Part shown: positions 23,759 to 35,700 of the stretch, piece after piece
Layout: each line of letters begins with the position of its first letter
Position numbering within the stretch: position 1 is the first letter of the stretch
Assembly: GCA_002269645.1 (NCBI GenBank)
Contig: NIVC01002732.1
Location: forward strand, 81,522-145,521
Reading direction: 5' to 3'
DNA from: Macrostomum lignano
Lineage: Eukaryota
Length of the DNA stretch: 64,000 bases
Program-made: the position numbers and the translations under genes
Notes under the pieces: model-generated
Database searches by the model: none
The model's input: the letters and a program-made list of their open reading frames with translations, nothing else
What the model was told of the DNA's origin: nothing

Positions 23759-26700
23759 ATGCCATCCTCGAATGGCGAATTAGTCAAAGCGTTTCGTGAA
23801 ATTTCGCACGAATTTAAAACGCTTCAACAGACTCGATTGAATGGACGAAGCGATCAAGGAGTGGCCAGATTGAGCAGTTTGGATGTGGAAGATTTGGCTG
23901 ACAGGCTGGAGCAGCTGAGGTCAAGCCTGGCTGAGTGCCTGACCGAAGTTGAGGGACAGCTGCGGGAGAGTCAGCTGGCAGCGGCAGACGCTCGCAACTT
24001 CTACAGGGCGCTCGGCGAGGCAGTGGGGGCTGATGAAGAAGCGCTGCGGCGACGCGACGGTGAGAGTGACAAATGAGTGAATAATGAGAGTGACAAATGA
24101 GTGAATGATGAGATTGACAAATGAGTGAATGATGGGAGTGAATAATAAGTGAATAATGAGAGTGAATAATGAGAGTGACAAATGAGAGTGACAAATGAGT
24201 GAATAATGAGAGTGAATAATAAGTGAATAATGAGAGTGAAAATGAGTGAATAATGAGAGTGACAAATGAGTGAATAATGAGAGTGAATAATAAGTGAATA
24301 ATGAGAGTGAAAAATGAGTGAATAATGAGAGTGACAAATGAGTGAATAATGAGAGTGAATAATAAGTGAATAATGAGAGTGAAAAATGAGTGAATAATGA
24401 GAGTGACAAATAAGTGAATAATGAGAGTGACAAATGAGTGAATAATGATAGTGACAAATGAGTGAATAATGAGAGCGACAAATGAGTGAATGATGGGAGT
24501 GAATAATAAGTGAATAATGAGAGTGACAAATGAGTGAATAATGATAGTGACAAATGAGTGAATAATGAGAGTGACAAATGAGTGAATGATGGGAGTGAAT
24601 AATAAGTGAATAATGAGAGTGACAAATGAGTGAATAATGATAGTGACAAATGAGTGAATAATGAGAGTGATAAATGAGTGAATGATGAGAGTGACAAATG
24701 AGTGAATGATGGGAGTGAAAAATGAGTGAATAATGAGAGTGACAAATGAGTGAATAATGAGAGTGACAAATGAGGGAATAATGATAGTGACAAATGAGTG
24801 AATAATGAGAGTGACAAATGAGGGAATAATGAGAGTGACAAATGAGTGAATAATGAGAGTGATAAATGAGTGAATAATGATGGACATTGGATTAGAGACT
24901 ATAACCATGAGACGTAGTGAAAACACAAGCTACACAGGTGCCAGTGGATTAAGTACAGTTGAGGCATTACTTAAATAATTAATTGTTTGGCCACACAGAA
25001 TAATATCAATATAACTAGTCATCACTCACTGGTAAGGGATACTTTCCCACTTACGGGGGGCGGTCTGTACGCATTTCTATGGGATTACATCTGCATCAGA
25101 TGAAGCTGATTTCTTGAGTCTTCATCCCTATTTCTGTCTCCACCCGCGTCTCCCTGCGCATCAACTTGGTTGCCATGGGGGAGGACAGAATCCGCTTGCA
25201 GACGAGAGAGGCGAGGTTGGAAGATGAGTGGAGGATTTCGCGAGAATGGGAGAAATTCTGAATCCCTAACGCTGGGCTAAAAAAATTGCTACAAAAGTGC
25301 GCGCTGGAATGAAAAATTATAATTGGCAACTGTTTCACATTCTGTCGATAAAATCTTTTTATTTCCACACCCGCGTTCTGTCAGTAAAGTTTTTGACAGT
25401 CGCAAAATGCTTTTTGATGCTTTTTCCAGGAAGAATTGGCTGCTGCTCTAAAGAAGACATGAATAGCTTGGAAGAGAGAAATGCTTTGTAGGGAGACACA
25501 AAGTTAGATGCGAGAGAATGGTGGAAAGAATTGCGAAGAGAACAGAGAGGAGATGGTGATAGAAGGGCTGCAAGGAGGGACAGAGGGGAAGAAGGAGAGT
25601 AAGACGAGATGGAGATAGAAGAAGGAGAGGGAGAGAAAGGAGAGGGTGGGAAGGAGAGGGTGAGAAGGAGAGGGAGAGAAGGGAGGGAGAGGGAGAGGGA
25701 GAGGGTGGGAAGGAGAGGGAGAGGGAGAGAAGGAGAGGGAGAGGCAGAGAAGGAGAGGGAGAGAAGGAGAGGGAGAGGGAGAGAAGGAGAGGGAGAGAAG
25801 GGGAGGGAGAGGGAGAGGGTGGGAAGGAGAGGGTGAGAAGGAGAGGGAGAGAAGGGGAGGGAGAGGAGAGGGTGGGAAGGAGAGGGTGAGAAGGAGAGGG
25901 AGAGAAGGGGAGGGAGAGGGAGAGAAGGAGAGGGAGAGAAGGTGAGGGAGAGGGAGACAAGGAGAGGGAGAGGAGGAGAGGGAGAGAAAGAGAGCGAGAG
26001 GATAGGGGATAGAGAAGGGGAGATGGAGAGGGAGAGGCGGAGTGAGAGGAGGGAGAGAGGTGAGAGAGATGAGAAGGAAGGAGAAAAACAGAGGTAGTGA
26101 GATGAAGGAAGCAAAAGTGAGACCGATGCGAGACTCAGGTGCAATAAAAAGCGTAAAAAAATTTAAGTGCGCCAGTTATAAAGATGCAGCACACTGAAAA
26201 TCGGATATAAAAACAGATGCTCAACATTCAGCCGATCCCAATTCTCATCCCAACTCCGTCGCGACCACTTCAGAGGCGATCAACTCCATAGAGGACCACC
26301 GGGAGCTGGACGAGCGAGCGGCAGCAAGCGAAGAGGAGAACAAGCAGTTGGCCAACGGCCTGCGATTGAAGTCCACGGTTGCAGACATTGGCGACCAGTT
26401 TCAAAGGCTTGAAAACACCCTGAAGGAGAGCGCAATCAATTGCACTAAGGCGAGGAAAAGGGCTGCCGCTATTCAAGAAGAGGTGAGGCTTTGTTTACAA
26501 AAAGTATCCTTCAGATTCTCAAAAACGTCATTAAGGTCACTAGAGTAACGCGTGTCTGTAAAGTGCTACTGAAGTGCTACTAAAGTGCTACTGAAGTGCT
26601 ACTGAAGTGCTACTGAAGTGTTACTAAAGTGTTACTGAAGTGTTACTAAAGTGTTACTGAAGTGCTACTGAAGTGCTACTGAAGTGTTACTAAAGTGTTA

Positions 26701-29700
26701 CTGAAGTGTTACTAAAGTGTTACTGAAGTGCTACTGAAGTGCTACTGAAGTGTTACTAAAGTGTTACTGAAGTGTTACTAAAGTGTTACTGAAGTGTTAC
26801 TTAAGTGCTACTGAAGTGCTACTGAAGTGTTACTAAAGTGTTACTAAAGTGTTACTGAAGTGCTACTGAAGTGCTACTGAAGTGTTACTAAAGTGTTACT
26901 GAAGTGTTACTAAAGTGTTACTGAAGTGTTACTAAAGTGTTACTGAAGTGCTACTGAAGTACTACTAAAGTGTTACTGAAGTGCTACTGAAGTGCTACTG
27001 AAGTGTTACTAAAATTTCCCTGAAGCGTAGCTGAAGCGACTCTGTCCTGATCAATCAGCTCAGCTCACCTCCCCTTCCGACGTCGCCAGCTTGAAGAGGC
27101 GAAACGGCGCGAAGAGGAGCGCCAGCGCCAGGAGGCCGAAGAGGCGGAGCGCCGGCGCCAGGAGGAGCTCCGGCGGCGCCAGGCGGACGAGGCTGCGGCT
27201 GCAAAAGCGGCCGCCGCCGAAGAGGCCAAACGTCGGCGCCGCGCCGAGGAGGCGGCCGGCGAAGACTCGGACGGCGACGACGGCAGCGGCGGTCGGCACC
27301 GTCGAAAGTCGTCGTCGAGGCGCCGAGCGCGCGCCCGCGCCGAAGCCGAGGCGCAGCGGAAACGCGAGGCTGAAGCGGCCGCGGCCGCGGCCGCGGCGGA
27401 GGAGGCGGAGCGTCGCTGGCGGCCGGTGGTGCTCGCTGCCTCGATGGCCGACGAATCCGACGACGCCTCCGCCGCAGAAGCCGACAACGCCGCCTGCGCG
27501 ATTCGAGCTCCGGACGGTGCGGTACAGCCGGACGACTTTAAGTGCACGCTGGTGCCGCTCGACCAGGCCGACGTCGGTTCGATTCCGCCAGGTGACGAGC
27601 TGGTCAGCGGCGTGGTGCGATTGGAACCGGCAGGGCTGTCCCGGGTGCAGATCAGCGGCGGGGGCGAGGGCCGGCGGCACTGGTACTTCATGCTGCCGCA
27701 CTGCGCTCAGCGGCAAGCGGCCAGGGAAACCGTGGTCTACGTGAGTGAGATGGGTGCAGGCTGAGCTGCTCTAAGTAAAACGAAATCGATTTGCATTCTA
27801 AGAAATGGTCGCTAATTGTGTATTCCAAATCAAGAATGAGCCGTCTAGCAAATCAAATCGTTTTTTATAAAAGCATTTTCTATGAGATGGGTTTGTTTTT
27901 TAGGAATTTGATGTACTTTCTTGGAATCCAAGTTGTTTTCTAGGAAATGGGTTTGCTTCCTAGAAATTTGATGTATTCTCGGAAATAGGTTTTCTTCTAG
28001 GGAATGAATTTGCTTTCTACGAAATCGGTTTGTGTTTTGAAAGAATCAGCTTTCTCGGAAAAAAAATTCTTTGAGGAGAATGGCTTCTTTATTTCCTAAT
28101 CGGTTGGTTAATATTTAGAAAATAGATTGTTTCTAGGGAAGAATCTGCCTTTCTACGAATAGGCTTATATTTCTAAAAATCTTTTGGTAGGCTTACTATT
28201 TAACTTTATAGCACTTAGATTTAACTTGGCAATCGGAGACTTTTTGTGCCTAATTCTAATAAAAATTTTTATGTGCATTTATTTACCAACGGATTAGCAT
28301 TTCTAAGAAACTTTAAAAATAGCTTTCTATCTCAAAGAAACTTATTTATCGTCTTAGACGAAGCTTACTGAGTTTCCAAGAATGGTTCTATATTTCTAAG
28401 AAATTTTTTTTGATTCCCAAGAATGGGATGGCATTCTATAAGAAACATATTCGTATTCTAAGAATACGTTTCCATTTCTAGGAAACTTATTTTGATTCCC
28501 AAGAATGGGATGGCATTCTATAAGAAACATATTCGTATTCTAAGAATACGTTTCCATTTCTAGGAAACTTATTTTGATTCCCAAGAATGGGATGGCATTC
28601 TATAAGAAACATATTCGTATTCTAAGAATACGTTTCCATTTCTAGGAAACTTATTTTGATTCCCAAGAATTGGATGGCATTCTATAAGAAACATATTCGT
28701 ATTCTAAGAATACGTTTCCATTTCTAGGAAACTTATTTTGATTCCCAAGAATGGGATGGCATTCTATAAGAAACATATTCGTATTCTAAGAATACGTTTC
28801 CATTTCTAGGAAACTTTTTTTGATTCCCAAGAATTGGATGGCATTCTATAAGAAACATATTCGCATTCTAAGAATACGTTTCCATTTCTAGGAAACTTAT
28901 TTTGATTCCCAAGAATTGGATGGCATTCTATAAGAAACATATTCGCATTCTAAGAATACGTTTCCATTTCTAGGAAACTTATTTTGATTCCCAAGAATGG
29001 GATGGCATTCTATAAGAAACATATTCGTATTCTAAGAATACGTTTCCATTTCTAGGAAACTTATTTTGATTCCCAAGAATTGGATGGCATTCTATAAGAA
29101 ACATATTCGTATTCTAAGAATACGTTTCCATTTCTAGGAAACTTATTTTGATTCCAAGAATGGGATGGCATTCTATAAGAAACATATTCGTATTCTAAGA
29201 ATACGTTTCCATTTCTAGGAAACTTTTTTTGATTCCCAAGAATGGGATGGCATTCTATAAGAAACATATTCGTATTCTAAGAATACGTTTCCATTTCTAG
29301 GAAACTTATTTTGATTCCCAAGAATTGGATGGCATTCTATAAGAAACATATTCGCATTCTAAGAATACGTTTCCATTTCTAGGAAACTTATTTTGATTCC
29401 CAAGAATTGGATGGCATTCTATAAGAAACATATTCGCATTCTAAGAATACGTTTCCATTTCTAGGAAACTTATTTTGATTCCCAAGAATTGGATGGCATT
29501 CTATAAGAAACATATTCGTATTCTAAGAATACGTTTCCATTTCTAGGAAACTTATTTTGATTCCCAAGAATTGGATGGCATTCTATAAGAAACATATTCG
29601 CATTCTAAGAATACGTTTCCATTTCTAGGAAACTTATTTTGATTCCCAAGAATTGGATGGCATTCTATAAGAAACATATTCGTATTCTAAGAATACGTTT

Positions 29701-32700
29701 CCATTTCTAGGAAACTTATTTTGATTCCCAAGAATGGGATGGCATTCTATAAGAAACATATTCGTATTCTAAGAATACGTTTCCATTTCTAGGAAACTTA
29801 TTTTGATTCCCAAGAATGGGATGGCATTCTATAAGAAACATATTCGTATTCTAAGAATACGTTTCCATTTCTAGGAAACTTATTTTGATTCCCAAGAATT
29901 GGATGGCATTCTATAAGAAACATATTCGTATTCTAAGAATACGTTTCCATTTCTAGGAAACTTATTTTGATTCCCAAGAATGGGATGGCATTCTATAAGA
30001 AACATATTCGTATTCTAAGAATACGTTTCCATTTCTAGGAAACTTATTTTGATTCCCAAGAATTGGATGGCATTCTATAAGAAACATATTCGCATTCTAA
30101 GAATACGTTTCCATTTCTAGGAAACTTATTTTGATTCCCAAGAATTGGATGGCATTCTATAAGAAACATATTCGTATTCTAAGAATACGTTTCCATTTCT
30201 AGGAAACTTATTTTGATTCCCAAGAATGGGATGGCATTCTATAAGAAACATATTCGCATTCTAAGAATACGTTTCCATTTCTAGGAAACTTATTTTGATT
30301 CCCAAGAATTGGATGGCATTCTATAAGAAACATATTCGTATTCTAAGAATACGTTTCCATTTCTAGGAAACTTATTTTGATTCCCAAGAATGGGATGGCA
30401 TTCTATAAGAAACATATTCGTATTCTAAGAATACGTTTCCATTTCTAGGAAACTTATTTTGATTCCCAAGAATTGGATGGCATTCTATAAGAAACATATT
30501 CGTATTCTAAGAATACGTTTCCATTTCTAGGAAACTTATTTTGATTCCCAAGAATGGGATGGCATTCTATAAGAAACATATTCGCATTCTAAGAATACGT
30601 TTCCATTTCTAGGAAACTTATTTTGATTCCCAAGAATTGGATGGCATTCTATAAGAAACATATTCGTATTCTAAGAATACGTTTCCATTTCTAGGAAACT
30701 TATTTTGATTCCCAAGAATGGGATGGCATTCTATAAGAAACATATTCGTATTCTAAGAATACGTTTCCATTTCTAGGAAACTTATTTTGATTCCCAAGAA
30801 TTGGATGGCATTCTATAAGAAACATATTCGTATTCTAAGAATACGTTTCCATTTCTAGGAAACTTATTTTGATTCCCAAGAATTGGATGGCATTCTATAA
30901 GAAACATATTCGCATTCTAAGAATACGTTTCCATTTCTAGGAAACTTATTTTGATTCCCAAGAATTGGATGGCATTCTATAAGAAACATATTCGCATTCT
31001 AAGAATACGTTTCCATTTCTAGGAAACTTATTCGGAGTCTGCATTTCTAAGAAACCTATGTTACTTCTATATACTAAAATTCTATCAGATCTACGAAGAC
31101 GGTCGCTGGCAGGAGCGCCCATCGGCTGAGACGCACATCGATATGCAGGGCCTTCCAGCCCGCTGGGTGGAGACCAAAATCACGGACACTTCAGTCACTG
31201 CGGTGGCGGTGAACAAACTCAAAACGGACAGATTCAGCGTTGGCAAACCCGGCATCCGGTACAGCAGCTCCGTTGACAACAGAATTTGCCTCACCGTGCC
31301 TGAGGACGCGTTAAAAATCCAGCTTGACCAAACCATTGAAGTTCAGCCCGTTGACTCCTCGACTCTGGCTGTCATCAAGTCTCAGCTGCCGCGGGAGACT
31401 CACGGCCTGCTCACCTGCAGCTCCATCATTCAGCACAGTGAGTTCACTGTTCAGGATGTGACTGTCTCTCTCCTTAAATTCCGCCTCAAACTCTACTTTA
31501 CGAGCGTGTCTACTCAGGATCTACTTTAGGCTCTACTTTATCTACTCAGAAGCTACTCCAGACTCTACTTTATCTACTCAGAATCTACTTCAGGCTTTAA
31601 TTTATCTACTCAGAATCTACTTCAGACTCTACTTTATCTACTCAGAATCTACCTCGGGCTCTACTTTATCTACTCAGAATCTAGCTCGGGCTCTACTTTA
31701 TCTACTCAGAATCTACCTCGGGCTCTACTTTATCTACTCAGAATCTACCTCGGGCTCTACTTTATCTACTCAGAATCTAGCTCGGGCTCTACTTTATCTA
31801 CTCAGAATCTACCTCGGGCTCTACTTTATCTACTCAGAATCTAGCTCGGGCTCTACTTTATCTACTCAGAATCTAGCTCGGGCTCTACTTTATCTACTCA
31901 GAATCTACCTCGGGCTCTACTTTATCTACTCAGAATCTACCTCGGGCTCTACTTTATCTACTCAGAATCTACCTCGGGCTCTACTTTATCTACTCAGAAT
32001 CTACCTCTTACTCTACTTTATCTTACTCAACCTCGGACTCTACCTTATCTGCTCAGAATCTACCTCGGGCTCTACTTTACGCTCGTATCTACTCAGAAAC
32101 CGCCCCAATCTCCAGCAAGAATGCAACACCAGACGCTCACCAAAAAATCAATCCACCCGCAGCCTCGATCTGCAAGAACACTCTGCGGCCGGTCACCTTC
32201 AACTTCCAGCTGCCGCTGAACCCGGCTGGCGCGAAGAAGACCCGACCGGGCACCGCTGGTGCAGCTGGCGGCGCCGCGTCCTCCGTGGTTGCTTCCGGCC
32301 GCCCGATGACGGCGAAGCCAAAGGCGACGCCAAACAGCGACGAGGAAGACGAGCTCGTCGTGCTGCTCGGCTGCGACGGGCAGCGTCGATGCGTCGGTGT
32401 CGGTGGCAGCGGTGGCGGCAGCTGGAGCGTCCTCGACCAGCTCGACATTGAGGAGGAGCCCGGAAAGGATATTGTGGGCTTCAGGACAACTCGATTCTAC
32501 GATAGACGGTAAACAATTTTGTTGCTTGTTTAAATCCTCGATCCTAATCCTAAATCCCCTAATCCCAAATCCCCAAATCCCAAATCCCCTAATCCCAAAT
32601 CCCCTAATCCCAAATCCCCTAATTCCAAATCCCCTAATTCCAAATCCCCTAATTCCAAATCCCCTAATCCCAAATCCCCTAATCCCAAATCCCCTAATTC

Positions 32701-35700
32701 CAAATCCCCTAATTCCAAATCCCCTAATCCCAAATCCCCTAATCCCAAATCCCCTAATCCCAAATCCCCTAATCCCAAATCCCCTAATTCCAAATCCCCT
32801 AATTCCAAATCCCCTAATTCCAAATCCCCTAATTCCAAATCCCCAAATCCCCAATCCCCTAATCCCAGAGCCCCTAATCCCAAATCCCCAAATCCCTATT
32901 CCCCTAATCCCAAATCCCCAAATCCCAAATCCCCTAATCCCAAATCCCCTAATTCCAAATCCCCTAATTCCAAATCCCCTAATTCCAAATCCCCTAATTC
33001 CAAATCCCCAAATCCCAAATCCCCTAATCTCAAATCCCCTAATCCTAAATCCCCTAATCCCCAATCCCCTAATCCCAAAGCCCCTAATCCCAAATCCCCA
33101 AATCCCTATTCCCCTAATTCCAAATCCCCAAATCCCAAATCCCCTAATCTCAAATCCCCTAATCCTAAATCCCCTAATCCCCAATCCCCTAATCCCAAAG
33201 CCCCTAATCCCAAATCCCCAAATCCCTATTCCCCTAATCCCAATTCCCCAAATCCAAAATTCTTATCAAATCCCTAAAACTCTAGTCCCTAGGCTTTAAT
33301 TTCCAAGTCTTTAGTTCTGTAATAAAAGACACAACAAATCGATATAACAAAATCTTAAATCTCAAATCCCCGAATTCTCTGAATCGCTAATCCTCCTTAT
33401 CTCTAATCACCTAATCCTCTAAAGCTTTAATCCCACTCTGCCACATTGTACCCAATTCAAATGCAGCATAAGCCCCCTTCAACTAAAGGAGCCCTAACTC
33501 CAACACAGCAGCCACATACCGCTCCCACAATTAACCCGCAGGTTTATCGCATTCCGAGTAAAGCCCGAGTTCAACACGGACACAGCGAGTCGAATTTGCG
33601 AAGCAATCGAGACCAATCTGGAAGACAAATCGGCCTGCTTTGTTCTGCGTCAAAAGTCGGATAATTTGACCGAGGTTTGTTATTTTTAGAGGCATGGGGG
33701 CTGCTTGGGCTTGGGGAGGCCCACAAGCGCGCGGATACGTACGCAGTCATACGCACAGGCACACACTCACACAGGAGTGTACAGCGGCCCTAACTTTATT
33801 TATCGTTAGGCATGTACACTTCACTGTGCGTTGGGGGTTGGCCCTCAAGGCCGTTAATTGCACGAGCAGAGCCAAGCCGAGATTCCAATTCAGCCCCAAA
33901 TTAATGTGACTGAACTTGGAATCGAGCCTGGACCGCTGGCACATCAGAGCCCCAGGTTAGACCACGACTACGACCCTACTAACTGTTGACTATGGCCAGT
34001 GTGAAATCCAACTATACTAAATCTCTACATATAAAAATCAAAACTCTGTCTGTGTGTCTGTGTGTCTGTGGACAATTTTGTTCGTTTTGTTTTGTTAGAA
34101 GAGAAATGAGAGATAAGAGAGCAAAGACGAGACAGAAGGGAGGTGAGGGAAGAGACGATAGAAGAGATTAGAGGAGAGAGTGGACAGAGGAGAGAAAAGA
34201 GTTCAGAGAAGAGAGGAAAAAGGAGAGAGTAGAGATAAGGAAAGTGTTGAGAGAGGGTAGAGTAAGGAGTGAGAAGAGAGGTGAGGGAAGAGAGAGCACA
34301 GAGCAGAGGGAAGAGAGAGTAGAGAGCAGAGAGAAATGAGAAGAGATAAAAGAGGAGAAGCCATGCAGAGAGACCAGAAAGACCAGAGACCAGAGCAAAG
34401 AGAGGAGAGGAGAGAGAAAAGAATAGAGAGGAGAGGGAAGAGACGAGAGAGGAGAGAGGACAGAGGAGAGAAAAAAGAAGATATAAGAGGGGAGAGAGAG
34501 AAGAGACGAGAGAGAAGATAGGAAACAGAAAAGAAGATGGAAGTTTCAAAGGATGCAAAAGGACATAGGGAGAGGCAGAGGTAGAGGCCACAGTTTGCCT
34601 GACATTCTGCGCAGCACCCCAGCCAACAATATCAATGTTTGCCTCAAATCCTAATTTTACATGAATGTACACTATTTTATGTTTAACTCTATCCCAGCTA
34701 TTAACAAGTTTTTGTTTGAGTTTGACCTCAGATTTTAGAATACATGCAAAAATAATTCTGGGGAATGGAGTTCCCCGGGTTCAAAATCCGCGGGTTTCAA
34801 CAGCTTGTCTTCCATCTAATAAAAATGGTTTGTCGGTACAGGTAGAGCAACTACAGATGGCAACATCAATTAGTTCATTTTGAGAACTGTTAATTTTACT
34901 CATTTTATATCAATTCTAATCACGTTGCTTTTGTCTTGTGCAAATATTATAGCTACAAGTCGTGCTAACCAGACCATTATTCTTAGAAGCTTTCTGGTAA
35001 GGTTGCTAAACACGCAAACGAATAATATTTGTTATGCGCTGGGTTCATCTGGGTCTGCACTGATGAGGAAACTGCCGGCGTGATGAAATAGTCCTCATCC
35101 ACTCTCGTAATAGTTCCTAAAATAATAAATCTGCCTCGGAGTCTACAGTAACCGTAACAACCTCTTCATCGGTCTCGGGATCTTAAAGTACACAACCTTT
35201 TGCTGCCACACCTGACCAAACTTGCAGCGATGCCAGAGATTTCCTCTGATTTTAACTTTTCAGGGTATACTAGCCAATCCCTCACCTTCGTGGTCACTAA
35301 AGTACGAGCTATATTGGGGGTCGTAAATATCAGGGCCTTAGATAATATTCTGTCGGGTTGAACCTAATTATTTCCTTACAACTTACAAGTTCTAGGAACA
35401 TGCACTGCTGATTATAAGGGTACTGTTGCACTACAAGGGTACTGAAGCAAATTAAGTCTCTGATACAAGCTACTGTAAAACTATGGTGTGTTCAGTTGCA
35501 ACAATCTACAATCTCAAGAGTTTGCGGACACTTCGTCTTTTCATCCGGGACACTTCGTCCAGCTTTTTTATCCAAGTCATATCGTCCGAAAATCAAGAAA
35601 TTTTGTCCGATATCTCTAGGTATTGTACGAGTATATAAGAAGTTAAATTGGTGTCCTGTGTAAGATACATATGCACACTCTATAACGAAACTTTGATTTC

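Noticed and set aside
25096-25491. Extra exon or minus-strand ORF in intron 1 of the DTHD1-like gene
   Set aside because: The best donor gives a phase incompatible with exon 26232, exon 1 splices in frame without it, and no domain is recognised.
27060-27744. Overlapping ORFs 27060-27716(-), 27065-27691(-) and 27091-27744(+)
   Set aside because: They are shadows of a very GC-rich exon. The phase-consistent frame is that of 27426 and encodes the ZU5 domain.
28400-31035. CRISPR-like array (palindromic repeats at regular spacing)
   Set aside because: Units are contiguous with no unique spacers, there are no cas genes, and the array is in a eukaryotic intron. The same holds for every other array in the window.
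32093-33299. Collagen- or glycine-rich 'GFGIR' and 'IPNPL' ORFs
   Set aside because: They derive from the 15-bp array; the real frame splices out at 32508.
35040-35085. Hammerhead ribozyme core (CTGATGA...GAAA)
   Set aside because: The intervening bases do not form stem II and no stems I/III are evident.
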